Assembly: GCF_001186125.1 (NCBI RefSeq)
Contig: NW_014040237.1
Coordinates: forward strand, 1 to 63,888
DNA length: 63,888 nucleotides
Direction of reading: 5' to 3'
Source: Sphaeroforma arctica JP610
Lineage: Eukaryota
A program made the translations under genes and the position numbers. Positions 1-21,757 of this stretch are shown here, piece by piece. The notes under the pieces were generated by a model. The model saw only the letters and a program-made list of their open reading frames with translations, made no database searches and was not told the origin of the DNA. Position 1 is the stretch's first letter. Each line of letters begins with the position of its first letter.

Positions 1-567
1 AAGTAATACATAACGTGCAGTGGCAGATCCGGTAGTACCGAGCGAATTGAGGCTACGCCTACGTTGGACTTTTTTTGATTCGACCGACCATGGGTGTGAG
101 ATTATATCACATCGCTGGCTTTCGTTTAACATACTGATGTCCCACATGTCTTCACTGGCTCTATAGCTGCTCTCTTCCTGCAAAACAAAGAACACTACAC
201 GTGGCTACACTTCTACAACGCTCTCTTCCGCATCGATGACTCGCCGCCGACTCGCAGGTGATACGACTGCGACCGAGTGCTACAAATGCCGATGCGAATC
301 CCGAGCTTCTAAGCAGTACACAAGGGCAAGAGATAAACTCGCAGATTGTACTATCATTTTGCATTTGCTACTATTTCCCGGAGGGGAAGGTCCGCCCTCG
401 CACAGAGTGGCTCATGGAACGTAATGTGCACACAGCTATCCTCCGCAACACCTTTGAATGCTTCCGCACCCCACGCCCACGACAGGCAGCAAGAACACTG
501 TACACCACACCCACATCTATACATCTGAATATGAATTTTAGCTCAGAAGAAGAGCTGCTACTCATAC

Positions 568-1917
568 CTTTTCGATCAAAGGCTATTAGCCTGGGCGTTC
601 GCTTAGGGGCACCATTGTCGGTCGCACTGCCAAACGAAGTAGATTAATCGGGTCAAAACATGTGTAGTGTGGGCTGGGTAATGCAGACTATGTGATATTC
701 TGTGTTCGGTGAGTATTATTCGGAATTTGAGAAGTGGCCAATGATGAGACTGAGACATCACATATGTCGAGGTGTGCCATTATCGCGGTACTTTGATTAG
801 TCGAGTATATTATCTATCTCATAAGGTACCACCTGTAGCGATAATACGTGTCCTGTGATTAATCAGTTCAAGACTGGTGACCCTCATCTATCCCGTGACA
901 TCAAGATGAAACCCGTTGAAATCAAGGCGAGACGCTTAGAGCGCAGTCGACGACACAGGAAATAGTCGAGTGACATACGCCTGTCTGCAGGTATACGGTT
1001 GTAAATTGTATTCACACGGACTCCATCCCAACAATAAAGGCAGAGAGTCGCTTAACACAATATACATGAATATACGTCAAGCACCTACAATCATCGATGG
1101 TTGCAACCGAGATCCCCACCACAGACCTGATTCTATATCAGTGCAGGTAGATGCCTCACTTTCAGAACGCAGATAGCAGACTACTTTAACCACAACCTGT
1201 ATATTCTTGAATGCGCGATTGCGTGCACCAGTTTTATCCGATGACCTCGACATATACATGATACATGCTCAAGTGAAGGAGGGGCTTTTGTCCTCGCGGA
1301 ATCAGAGGTGTATTCAATTCAATATTCAAGTAATCAAAACTATCAATTATCTCGGATTGTAGCTGAAAGTATGTTCTAAATTTGTACCGACTTCGCGAGT
1401 GTGTTATATTTTGGCCATACCTATCCGTAGCGGCAATATTTCCTTACTAATAACAAGTGCACATAGAGTGCGACGATCTCGGTGGGAACTTATATGGACG
1501 CTTTGTATAATTAAAACGAATTACTTACATCCACCCGTTGTAATGAAAACCCCGAATTTGATTGTGCACTGATTGGCTCGCCAAATACATAAATAAGGGT
1601 GTAATCTTCGTGGATCATGCTATTTTAAACTCCCGACTGCCGTGCAAGCCTATATAAGAGGCTGTCGTTCAATTGCGCAACTGTGTTACAGACGTTCCCC
1701 AGTTAACTGGCCCTCACCACAAATATATATAAAAGCTTTGTAAGCCAAGAGATGCATCCATTCACACTTACCGGGTATACTGAAAGAAAGGGCTGTCACT
1801 CGGTTGCGCAGTTATGTTGCAGTCACTATCCAGGGCATTCCACAGATGAGCTCCCACATGGTTCGCAAAGTTTCCTAGCTGTAAGGTGAGTATCTCACTT
1901 TTGCTTCCGTTCGACAT
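568..1917 (-). CDS. MSTO1: Misato/DML1 tubulin-FtsZ-like protein, 5' exons (gene continues toward/beyond the left window edge)
   Basis: Exon 1 (1917-1772) reads MSNGSKSEILTLQLGNFANHVGAHLWN, matching the Misato segment-II motif (human [20 protein letters not shown]), and ends at a GTAAGT donor. Exon 2 (626-568) has a ggcAG acceptor and GTATGA donor and splices in frame to RATDNGAPKRTPRLIAFDRK (cf. TPRLILMDLKG). Further exons were not resolved. Confidence 0.85.
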
Positions 1918-2745
1918 CACTGCAAGTGCACACGATACAAAGATGGCTATGACCAATATATGGATTCAATCTTAAAAATATGCAATATCCATATATTAAA
2001 TATCATAGCCTCCTCTATAGTATAAAAAATAAGCCCGCCAAAATTCGAATTTGGCATGTGCTGACTTTGAGGTTTCTTCCTATGGGGGGTTTTTTTTAAA
2101 TAAATTATAGAACAAAATAAAAATTATTTTTGCATGTTGCTCACCTGCACTATAAATATGCCGGGGAGAATCAATTTGGCGAATAAGGTCATGAAACTTG
2201 TTTTTTTTTTATAAAGTTTAACAAAATAATGATTCTAGCGCCACAGTAGCGACCTTCAAGGGGACTTCAACAAAGCGCCGTCCACATTTGTATCGATACG
2301 GAAATATGCGTGGGAAAAAAAGTGTCTCTCTTATTTTCGAAAGCTTGGTGAAATGTCACCTGATTGATACAAAATCAGAAGCACAATCAGTAGAGCAGTA
2401 ACTCGGAAGACAATTGTTTGGAGACGAGAAAGCATCCCCGTATCCTCATGGAATGAATCATATGATAAATTACATTACACAGTGTCAAGATCACAAGGCA
2501 GTAGTTCATGTTGTCTGTATAGGAATAATTGTACCGCTTAGCGCGAGAATTGCCCATAAATAGGTGAAAAGTAAGCATGTGAAAACATACCAGTGGATAT
2601 GAAGAAATTTCACCAGGAGATGTGTTTTCTTGAAGAAATGTTTTATACCGAATTCATATACCCTATACAAATACTAAACTTTGTCTTCAGACGGCATTGG
2701 CAGTGCCCGTATGGTGATTTGAGGAATCCTTTTTTATTACTGAAG

Positions 2746-3950
2746 TCAGGGACAATTATATGATACTATCGTTCCGTGATCCATGTTGTTATTAAATCGG
2801 TTATGTACAACATTTTTGTCTGCAAATCTTATCCATGCCCTAGCTTTATACACGCATGCGCACTTCGCAGTACCGACTAGCCCATTGAGGTAACTGTTAA
2901 CGTTTATGAAATTATAATCAGCATGAGTGAAGCACCATCCAGGGTGACTTTGCAACACTGTCGCCACTACGCAGCCATTGCGACGCAATCCATTGTTGAT
3001 GGCCGAAACTTTCTCCTCAGTATAATACGTCAAATTTGGGCCCATGGCTTGCGATGACTTCAAGGAACGCTTAATAACGGGTGAAGGAAAATTTGCTGTG
3101 GTGACCATATCTATGCCACTTTAGGTAGACTCTTGCGTGAGTGTAAAGCCGAAGATCTTACCATTCATTCGAGAGCACTTTCCGGGTATCATGTCATATA
3201 AGCCATCCTTATATGGGTATTTCATACGGACGCGCTCAACAAAGAGAACCACTAAATCTGAGTATTCACCTCAGTTCGCCCAATTTTTCCAAAGTGTGCA
3301 AATTATGGAAGTTGTTTTTGGATACTGAGATATCGTATATCAAATTGAAAAGCCTTTTCGAGTAATCTATTAGTAGCCAATGCTCGAAATGAACTTGATT
3401 CGCCAATAGTTAGGCCAATCCACAACCCTTTGAAGGGCGCTGCAGTGGTAGTGAGGTTGAGAATATCTGTCAGTCGAACTTTGGAAGCGTTGTTTGTGTC
3501 GACCCCGCTGTTCCTCCCAAAATTATTGCCAACGATGTGAATCGGATTCTCAGAATGCCCAATCTGCTTGGGCATGCTTTTCGAGTGTGCGTCCGCATCA
3601 AGCATGGCCACATTTTTGCGTGCATTGCCATACATTCGCTTCTTCCCGTAATCTACATTGCCGTCTACATATCCATCAATTAAAAAAAAAGCTCGCATAC
3701 TAGATTGTGTTGCGAACGTATTGGGCCGATGTATGATGGTCTCATATTCAACCAGCAATAGTCTCCCCTTTCGCCGAAGAGCCCATGCATTAAAAGCATC
3801 GGTGCGTTTCACACGGTATGTGTATCATTGCTGCAACGTGAATGTGACAGTCTGATAGAAGACTGAATTTACTTTGGCGACTATTCTATAGCCTGGACTA
3901 AATATTTCACATCAGGTTCATTGAACTAAAACTGTATTGTTGCTGGGAAT
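2746..3950 (-). pseudogene. Disrupted intronless reading frame of unknown family
   Basis: Minus-strand ORFs 3812-3303 and 3108-2746 are linked by a protein-like segment (WAN*GEYSDLVVLFVERVRMKYPYKDGLYDMIPGKC...QEST*SGIDMVTT) with isolated stops and a frameshift. The frame runs up to the gap at 3951. No family recognised. Confidence 0.4.
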
Positions 3951-4354
3951 NNNNNNNNNNNNNNNNNNNNTTATTTATATATACATTATTCACATATTTA
4001 CTAGAATTGTTTTGAAGAAGAAAAAATTGCAGATGTGCATTTGTTCTTTTATTTATATATATATATATATCAATACATACATAAATTTGTGACTATGACA
4101 AAGATAAATATGTGCGTGGACAGCACGACTACAGGCTCGTTAATCCGTCACTCCGTATGTATATACACCAGCCTGCATGAGAATAAGAATAGACTCTGTT
4201 CGCCTTCTCCTCTAGTAAAGAGTATGATAATCTGTCAATAGGTAGATAATTGTTCGATGTATCGTGGTTATATTAAGTAGTAAGTCCGCAACTAAAAATG
4301 CATCGCAAGAATAACAAGAAGACTACTACTTGAATCACAGATAGCCACCTTATA

Positions 4355-4816
4355 ATGAGATTCATGATATCTATATCTACGGCAGTTTTTTTCACTCTTG
4401 CCATTGCATCGAATATGGCCCTTGGTGCTGTTGGGGCTTCCACTTCAAAATGCGAAAAGAGTACTTTAATTATATATCCTGGTTGCTTTGATGCACTAGC
4501 TTCGGAATGCCCCTGTGGGCTCAACCTGAAAAATACAGACCTGGATACACTTGGAAGAGAATACGTAGGATGCATTAGAGAATGCGTCACAAGTGGTGAA
4601 TTTGCTACGGTAGTAGAGATGTGCCCCCTATGCAACACTCTGAAGGAAACCGAACACCATGCCAAAATACAACGTAGAGACGATGAAAGCGACTGCATAT
4701 CAGTTGGAGATGGTTGTAGCCCAGATGGTACCGCTTGTTGTGACGAGGATAGTAATAACTATAGTTGTTTATTTTATCTATTCTCGTTTTCTGACGAGTG
4801 CCAGCGCAATGATTAG
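4355..4816 (+). CDS. Secreted cysteine-rich prepropeptide (signal peptide + 8-Cys domain + RR site + knottin/ICK-like 6-Cys peptide)
   Basis: Single 153-aa ORF with a hydrophobic N-terminus (MRFMISISTAVFFTLAIASNMALG) and 8 Cys in the middle domain. KIQRR is followed by DDESDC-x6-C-x6-CC-x8-C-x10-CQRND*. Confidence 0.8.
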   Translation: MRFMISISTAVFFTLAIASNMALGAVGASTSKCEKSTLIIYPGCFDALASECPCGLNLKNTDLDTLGREYVGCIRECVTSGEFATVVEMCPLCNTLKETEHHAKIQRRDDESDCISVGDGCSPDGTACCDEDSNNYSCLFYLFSFSDECQRND

Positions 4817-5600
4817 TTGAGAATCATTTGAATAGAATCATTTACAACGACAAATATTACGGTCGAAGTATATTTAAGCCGGCAAAACACTTCGAAATGT
4901 CGCTTGTGCTATTAATATGCTATTGATATAAAATTCGATTTTCAACGTATGGCTGTTTAGCAATGGTGTGCTAAAATTAGTCATCGACGCGTACGCAATC
5001 TATATGGATGTGTATATACACATACACGCACGGTTTTATATACTTACATATGAGCTCGTACCAACACGAAGCATACACTACATCTCTCCACATCTTAAAA
5101 AAACGCAACCGAAAATACAGAATATTCTATTATAAATCTGTTCCTGCTATCCTCATAGAAGTATATGGGTTGCATATTTATAAATAATCGACGATGCGAT
5201 GGCCTTCTGGCTTCACAACCCCTTTTAACTTTTATTTTCTACGAGAATCAGAAATTCATCATGAAAATACTGATGCCAGCCAAATCGAGTTTGACAGAAG
5301 TATATTTTTCGACTCTTGTGAACAAAAGTATTTCTCTTAAGGATGTGTTGAATAAGTTCAAATTTGGATCGAACTTTGAAATTGAAAAAAAAACTTTAAT
5401 TCGTTATCTATCACACAAATCGAACGTGAAGGTGGACCATTCTGGAATTCAAATGACTTCTGCAGCGTTAATCTGTCATAATAGTCTTATTTTCCCGTGA
5501 GGAGCAAGAGGCGCGCCTCTACTAATTTCGAACGTTGGCTCGTATATGCCTGTATATGAAGTTTAGATCTTAATTGGTTACCTCCATGCATACTTCTTCA

Positions 5601-13918
<8,318 letters not shown>

Positions 13919-14302
13919 CTGCATATGATAAGCGTACGATCTTAGATTATATTGTGTATCCTCATATACTAGTGGTGCAAGTGCAACACGACTGGGGTAC
14001 ACACGCAAGCATCAATATAAGATGATGGTATTACAGATGACAATGACCAGATGAAGGGCACGACAAAGACGGTTCACCTTTTACAATAAATACGAAATCA
14101 AATGATGATGCAACAGATCGTTACTTGGATGAAAACACTACCGACAATTATATGACTGTCAAAAAAATTAGTGAAAATACATATACACAAACANNNNNNN
14201 NNNNNNNNNNNNNTATATATGTGCGTGTGTGTGTGTGTGTGTTTGTGTGCTTGTATTCGTATATACATATATACATATACATATGTATGTATATATAGAA
14301 TC

Positions 14303-14360
<58 letters not shown>

Positions 14361-15848
14361 TGATATAGTGGAATATATATTTCTATATGTACACTAATAC
14401 ATAAATAATTATGTGTGGAAGGGCGTATATGTTATCTTTCTATAATTTCTATGGTGTATCCAAGTTGCATATGCAAGAATATAGGTAATTACACACTGCT
14501 TTAATACTCTTTGCCATACAAGCAAGCAATTATCACAGACTGGTTTTTAGGTGCGTTACTCTGAAATTACCTAACAGAGCCAATTGGTCTATCACTGTAT
14601 ATAGGATAACATTCTATCCGGCTCAAACTGCAACTGCAACCAATACAGTACAATATACAGTCAATTATAGAACGCACTATGCATGCTGGATACCCAGGTA
14701 GTTTGACATACAAGGATTGGAGGAGTCTCCCATTGTTCAGTTCCAAACTGGGATTAGCATATGATGAATTGTACTTGCCCCTTTTAACCCATAATAGACC
14801 AGAAATGTGTACACCAACGTGAGGCGAGTTTGTCGGATTGCCTTATCGGCATGTTAATTAGAAACCTACTCTAGCATATTATTTAGTATCCATTTCTAAG
14901 CCAATTCTTTGTAAGTAACAGTGATACGTAACAGCAACGTTTATAATATTTAACTATCTGTTCTGCTCTGCTCTACCGATGTTCTGCGTATCAAGCTATG
15001 TATCTTCAAAAATCAAAATGCGTTCGTATGTATGTATCCCTGCCACAGCCATACTTCGCTATACTTCTCAACATGATACGTACACCATACAGATTATAGA
15101 CCAATATATACTGACACCATAATACACTATAAAAAGCAATCTGGAGCTTTTCTATGACACCACAACGGCACAAACTCACAAAACAAAAAGTATTATTACT
15201 CTGACATCGAACAAAAAGATTATGTAGAGAGAAAAAAAATTATTTAAAAAAATATATTTAAAAAAAACATATAAACAAAAAACAAATTATCATTGACGGT
15301 CATATTTACATTGGACTGACATTCTGGCACCCAAAAAAAAATAAAGTGATGACGACTGCTAATATTTTTTTGGTTTTATTAAAAATAAATTATACGTTTT
15401 ATGAACGCGATATATTTACGTTAACTTCTAAATGTGTTTAGAGTACTATGTATCGGATTTTCAACTGGTTTTTGGGTGTAAATATGTAACTCTCAACTTC
15501 TAAAAGCGAGTATTATTTTTTCCGTATATATAAAAAAAATAGCGCGTACTGTACATACAAAAATCAATCATACTTTTTGCGTTTACGTTCAACGTTTACT
15601 GCATAGAAACCGAATGGGCGTTAAATAGGACGACCGTCTGTTCTCAAAACTGCTCGTCACAGTGTTCTGCTCTAATCACACAGCCCACACCGTCCACGGG
15701 GGCGCGTTAGATGATGCCATCGTAAGATATTCATGATGATGTGTGTATATATGGTCTTTTAGACAGATATGTATTATTTGAATATATGTATACATATATA
15801 TATATATAAATTATATATGTATCTATATATATTTATATAAGTATACAC

Positions 15849-15898
<50 letters not shown>

Positions 15899-16128
15899 AT
15901 ATATAAATATATTTATATGTACATGTATGTAAAGAAGATATATAATGATACATATATGTATATATATCCATATCTACTGCTGATACTTTCATTATAATAT
16001 ATGTATGGCCGGTCTAGTAAAGTGTGAAGATCTAGTGCTTATATACTAAATTGAGGTGAATATCTATTTATAATCCTATATATAGTGGGACAATAAAATT
16101 AGTTCCTATATTTTCTTTCATATCCATT

Positions 16129-16872
16129 ATGGTCGCGGAAATGAAAGCCGAAGAGAGGGTTGCACTGATAACGGGTGCGAATACAGGCATCGGCCTGTCA
16201 CTGGTGAAGAGACTGTTTGAGTCCACAGAATACAATGCACTGGTTTTGACGGTATGTTTATATATCTGAGTTACCATTGGGGACTATATAAGTATTTAGC
16301 TTGCCATTGAATTAGAAGCTTAGGGGACGAGATTTCGGTTATCATCCAGACTAGTATTATTGCAAGAAAAGGAGAGACCAGAGACACTCACGACATCTCA
16401 GTTTTGTAATATGCGTGGCCTTTCACGGACCAGCACCAGTGTCCACAGCTGAAATCTTTTATGATATGAACGGGAGCATTGTTTCATTCTGGAACGACGT
16501 TTACAGGAAACGACGTCTATTTACAGACTAAAGTTCAGAACAACTCTTGATAGTCGCATTCATATATTAGACATGTATGGTGTGAGCGTTTATTTGAACG
16601 ATATTCCGTCTTTATCAGGCATTTTGCAATTCCCGGCGCATTACCTACACATACGTGAAGAGTCCTCTATACATACACACATATATATATATATATTTAT
16701 ATTATATATATATATTATATATGTATGTATATATATATGTATGTGTGTGTGTTTGTGTATATATATATATTATTTATTTATGTATGTATGTATGTATGTA
16801 TGTATCTGTATAGAGAGATAGACAGATAGATATTTACTTATATTTGTAAATATGTACATGAATATATATTTA

Positions 16873-16908
<36 letters not shown>

Positions 16909-17027
16909 TCTGTATAGAGAGATAGACAGATAGATATTTACTTATATTTGTAAATATGTACATGAATATATATTTATATATATAGTATATGTGTATGTGT
17001 GTATATATGTAAATATGTATGTTAGAG

Positions 17028-17058
<31 letters not shown>

Positions 17059-20000
17059 GTTTGTGTTATGTATGTAAGTACGCTAGATTGTATATATGTT
17101 TATATATATATGTATGTATGTATTTATGTATGTATGTATCTATATATATATGTGGATATCTATATTTATGTTTATGTATAGCTATATATATATTTGTATG
17201 TGTGAGAGTGTGTGTATATATGTATGTATATATATATCTATGTGTGTATGTATATATACATATATATGTATACATATATATATATATATATATATATGAA
17301 TGGATATATATATATATTTATATATACGTTTAGCGTACACGCACATGTGCGTTGTGTGTATATGTCTTGGTACTGGTACACAAGTACAAAGTATATGTTT
17401 GCATGACTTGACTATTTTCAGTTGTCTTTATCCATGAAAGTGTGTGTATATGGAGTTTCGTACCACATCAGATTGTAGCAGAAGTGCCGCACCCTCAATA
17501 CACCATGTATCTTGAAATTGAGATTATGTCGCTGAAGTTCGGAAGTGTGCGATCCACAAGTCATCGCTGGTGTCCTCCATTTTCATCAACCAAACAGGCT
17601 GTACTGGCATGTCGCAACTTAGACAAGGCCAAGGCCGCGCGGGAGGAAGTATTAGCCGAGTTTCCCGAAGCCATTGTCGAGGTATGAGGGTCCTGATCTG
17701 ATGTGCTATTCAATTACGATATCATCCTGTATTCTCTTTAAATTCTGTTCCGTTGTCGTAAAACGGGTTCCTATGTATTGTGGTACACTAAGTGGCATAT
17801 TCACCCAATTTATATCGCACAAAACTTCCGCCCAACAGATTATACAATGCGATACAAGTAGGCCAGAGTCCATGACGGCAGCAGCAAAGCTAGTGCTAGG
17901 GAAGTATGGACGCCTGGACTGGCTCTATTTAAATGCTGGCATCATGCCGGTCGAGAAATGGGGAATAAGCTGGGATGTGTTCATGACGACTGATATCAAG
18001 CATATCCTACACGTACTGTCGACGTGTAAGTTGCATTAGTGAAGAGTCTCGAGTATTTGTTTGTGGTCAGGCATGATCATTTCCCATTAATGTGACTATG
18101 TTTGTCTGAATCACCTCTTTATCTGTTTGCGTCTCGGCGAGAAATTGTTCGTACATATGCGAGTGCGCGGAGCTCCTACGTTACTGGGTGCAAGTTTCTT
18201 GTGCCGGTGACTGTTGGACTACTCAAATGCTATGAATGAGCGCCGATTTTGCCGCAAGTCTTGGGACTTCTTCCGCTTATGGCTATCAAGAAACGCATCT
18301 CACGCTACCGTTCGTCATTTGTAGCTTTGTCGCGTTGTGTGTTTCTGGTCCGTTCTGGCCTGTCGGGAAGAACTGTGCTTTCTCAACACTTCATAAGACG
18401 GCATGTGGTCTACGCCAGGTATCCGCCCCAAATCATTTGGCATGTGCTCGAGAGGGGTGCTCGGGTTGTATCTGACGATCCACATGCTGATGCGACTTGC
18501 AGTTGGTGTTTGTGTTGGCGCGATCTAGGTGCACACGCGTGGCACTGTACGAATGTTCTGACACTCTGTTGTATACAATACAGCGGATGGCCTGTTGAAA
18601 CAGGAAGACTGGCGTGCGGGGGATATGCAGGCGGTGTTCGCAACAAACGTCTTCGGTCACTACTTGCTTGCTATGCTTCTTAAAGATCTGCTGGTGAAGA
18701 GCCAGGTATAGTGTTTATGTGTTTTTAGTCCCGTGAGTTCATGTGGTCATGCAGCGATACTTATTTTTATATGTAGTATATATACAAATATTAGGTGCGT
18801 GTGTGTGATCGCCTAAGGTATTTGTTGAATATACTAAATTCAGATGTATGAAAATAGTTCCTGCAACAAGACCAAGCCGTTTATTTGCCTTAATTAATAT
18901 TATACTTTGTGTTGTTCAAATATGCATATGTTCATATTTATGTGTTTATCTGTTGCGGACATATTCTATGTATTCGCACTACAATTCAATAAACGTGGTT
19001 GTATACCTTATTTCAACCTTTTTTTAATTAAATTTACTTTCACATATCTGTAGTCATATATATATGCATATATATATATATATAACAAGTATACTTTCCA
19101 CTGGTTTTCTGATGGATCTATGATTACCAATACATTAAAGATATACCGATATACCTCGCGAATTTACAAAATACGTGAATGTATGCCAGAATCAGCAGAG
19201 TACAACCATTTCGTTTTTAGTTGCTGTCTGTGTCCTTCATATGTGAGTGAGGGTCGACCCAGCCTTGCTTTACAAGGTAGTTATGTAAATAGAGCTAAGC
19301 ATTAATATCTTATTCATACCAACTTACGTGACTGTACACAGGGGCGTATAATCTGGACGAGCAGCAATGCGGCAAATACGAAGTCTTTCAAACACGAAGA
19401 TATAGAACACAAAAATGGGTATGTGATATTCTTTTTTTCAGGTTTCTGGTGGTGAAGTCGATGTACTCTAGTCGTTAGTTAGAGATGGGATATTCTCTGG
19501 TGCTTTATTTAGAGCTATGTGCAATTCCAATCGGTATTTAGACCATGATCTAGACCAAGTAGATAATGGTCTGAATATGTCTGGACATACCCGATTTTGA
19601 CGGTTGTACCAATGGTGGGTTGTGATATAAATCTCGCCACAGCTACATACACTTGTGTACCACCAATTAAAACATACCGTCGTACCATCACGCTTATGTT
19701 GAACGGTATGCTTCCAGATGCTTATGCAAGTCATAAAAACTGCAACTTCGGGCAGTAGTGATTCTTTGATGGTATCACACACTTTATGGAGTTTGTACCG
19801 AACAAATTCGTTCGTTTGCTGTGACCTTATTCCATGCCCTTTATAAACCACGTGTTCATCCACGTGCGCGCTCTATAGATCCGATCCCTACGGCTCATCA
19901 AAGTACGCTGTGGATCTGTTGAATGCCGCGCTTAATCGAGAACTCAACAGCAAAGGGGTGTACTCGTACACGTGTTGTCCGGGTTTAGTTATAACCAATG

Positions 20001-21757
20001 TCACCCTGGGCATTCTGCCTTGGTGGATGTGGACCTACATCCTGTTTCCCTTCCTACTAATTGTACGTGAGCTTGAATAGATCTTTGGGGTTGCTTCTCC
20101 GAAGTGTTTTTGTGTGTGCGTCACCGTAAAGGCCAGGTGCTTTTGTGTATGTTTAATTGTTGGACTGTGTGTGCACGTGTTTTATCTGTGGCGTTTGCAC
20201 GAAGCCAACTCAATGGATACGCATGTGTCTGTAAAGTGTTAGGAAGTAACAGAGTCATGCTGTCTCTAAGTTGCTTCGAGCACTCGTGTTTGTATTCAGC
20301 TGGCCAAATCAGGATTTCTAGTTCATTTGTAAACCCTAAAACCCTACTGTCCTAAACTCTAAAACATATATTTACACCCTAGAATGGATGTACGCTTTTT
20401 CAGTATATAGATATACACTCTTCCAGTGCAGATTAAGCTGAGTTCAAATCCCTATTATCACTTTTGATTAGTATATATGAATAGGCAACTAGACATGTCT
20501 CTCTCTGTTTTTTGGGACAGCACGTCTGTTTTGTTTTGTTTTTCTGGGTACAAGTATCCTCGGATGTTCGTTCACTAGTTTGCTCATTTTCTCCCTTTCC
20601 ATTGACATTACACACAGTACCGTTGTATCGAGCCTATGTATGTGCTACACCCCTACAACGGAGCCGAAGCATTGATCTATCTATCCGGTAAGTCAATATA
20701 AAGCAAATACTGAGTTGAACTAGTATTTTTAATCACACTTACAATACTATCTGCAACGGGTACAGTCTGAGGCGAGCGAATATCGTTAGTGAAAGTGAGG
20801 TAGTCTTGAGGGTGGTATGAGACACTGATTCTGTGTGTTCACGCCCAGTCGCATTGGCTGTGGCACTGCCCAATGCAACAGTGTGACATCGCAGGGGTAT
20901 GCATCTCACGTTTTGTCAGATATGCGTTAAGCTATGGTTGCGCTGAGATATAAATTGCGGCTCGTGCACGGGTGTGGACGCCAGAGAAATAATGAATGAC
21001 ACGCTTTGCATCTGCATGTGTGTGTATAGGGCTGAGCTTCTTAGTAATGTGTGTTGGCCCCTCTTAGTTTGCTTTGCTTGTCGTCTCATACCCGAATATG
21101 CACTAAACCCCTTCTTCGTTATATCCGCTGCAGGTCTTGACTTGCCACGCACACCTGGAGTGCTTATAGATACTAAGGCGAGGGGTAAGAGTAGTCCGTA
21201 TGAGCGACCGTCCGTAATCACTCAAGTGGAGGACGAGGGTGACCTGCCCTCGGAGATTTCGGGGCCGCATAAAGACCTGGTTTATATGGACCCGTTTAGC
21301 AAGTATTACAGGTATCGCTACTGTCTGACCCGTACTTTAACCCGAGTAGACGTATGCTTCCGCATGGATCACTTGGCTGAATGTATTTCTCGGTAGACGT
21401 ATACGTACGCATGGATGACTCGAATGAATGTATTCGCATACGCTCGTGTGATGTCGTATTCCGGTGTGTCTCGCTGTATGTATAGCTGCGAAGTGATATC
21501 TGATAACCGCAAGGCACTTATAATGTTGGTCACAGACCCATTTTACAAGTCTGCTCTCAACTCACTTTACTGCGTGTTTTCTACACGCCGGATACTAAAG
21601 TAGGGTTCTATACATTGTCTTCCCCACACTCTCCAGTCGGACGTCTTTCTGGGGTGAGAGATACGTGATGTGCAAACCCTATCCAGGAACGGAAGCAGAC
21701 GGCACGCGACTTGTGGTAGAGTTGGAGAAGATGGCCAAACAGCGCAAAGTATTATAG
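16129..21757 (+). CDS. HSD17B7: 3-ketosteroid reductase / 17-beta-HSD7-like short-chain dehydrogenase (ERG27 function)
   Basis: Exons 16129-16251, 17598-17681, 17839-18025, 18584-18705, 19342-19418, 19879-20062, 20618-20687, 21134-21311, 21637-21757. Motifs: [15 protein letters not shown] (Rossmann TGxxxGxG), [46 protein letters not shown] (YxxxK), [22 protein letters not shown]. All are collinear with HSD17B7. Confidence 0.92.
16670..17330. repeat. Large TA/TATG microsatellite block containing a ~104-nt internal duplication (HSD17B7 intron 1)
   Basis: Low-complexity TA/TG tract. The block TATCTGTATAGAGAGATAGACAGATAGATATTTACTTATATTTGTAAATATGTACATG starts at ~16803 and again at ~16907. Similar microsatellites lie at 9920-10010, 11030-11170, 14190-14370, 15774-15965, 24630-24780, 35950-36240, 38340-38560 and 41610-41690. 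Confidence 0.9.

Noticed and set aside
1..180. Candidate third Misato exon after a ttttgcAG acceptor
   Set aside because: Splicing it directly to exon 2 (phase 1) hits a stop. An intervening exon would be needed and I could not define one.
5165..5500. 111-aa plus-strand ORF
   Set aside because: Lies in the convergent 3' region downstream of PHAF1, AT-rich, no motif; insufficient support.
16573..17406. Tyr/Ile/Cys/Met-rich ORFs (also at 10972-11385, 35887-36283, 38246-38650)
   Set aside because: Translations of TA/TATG microsatellites.
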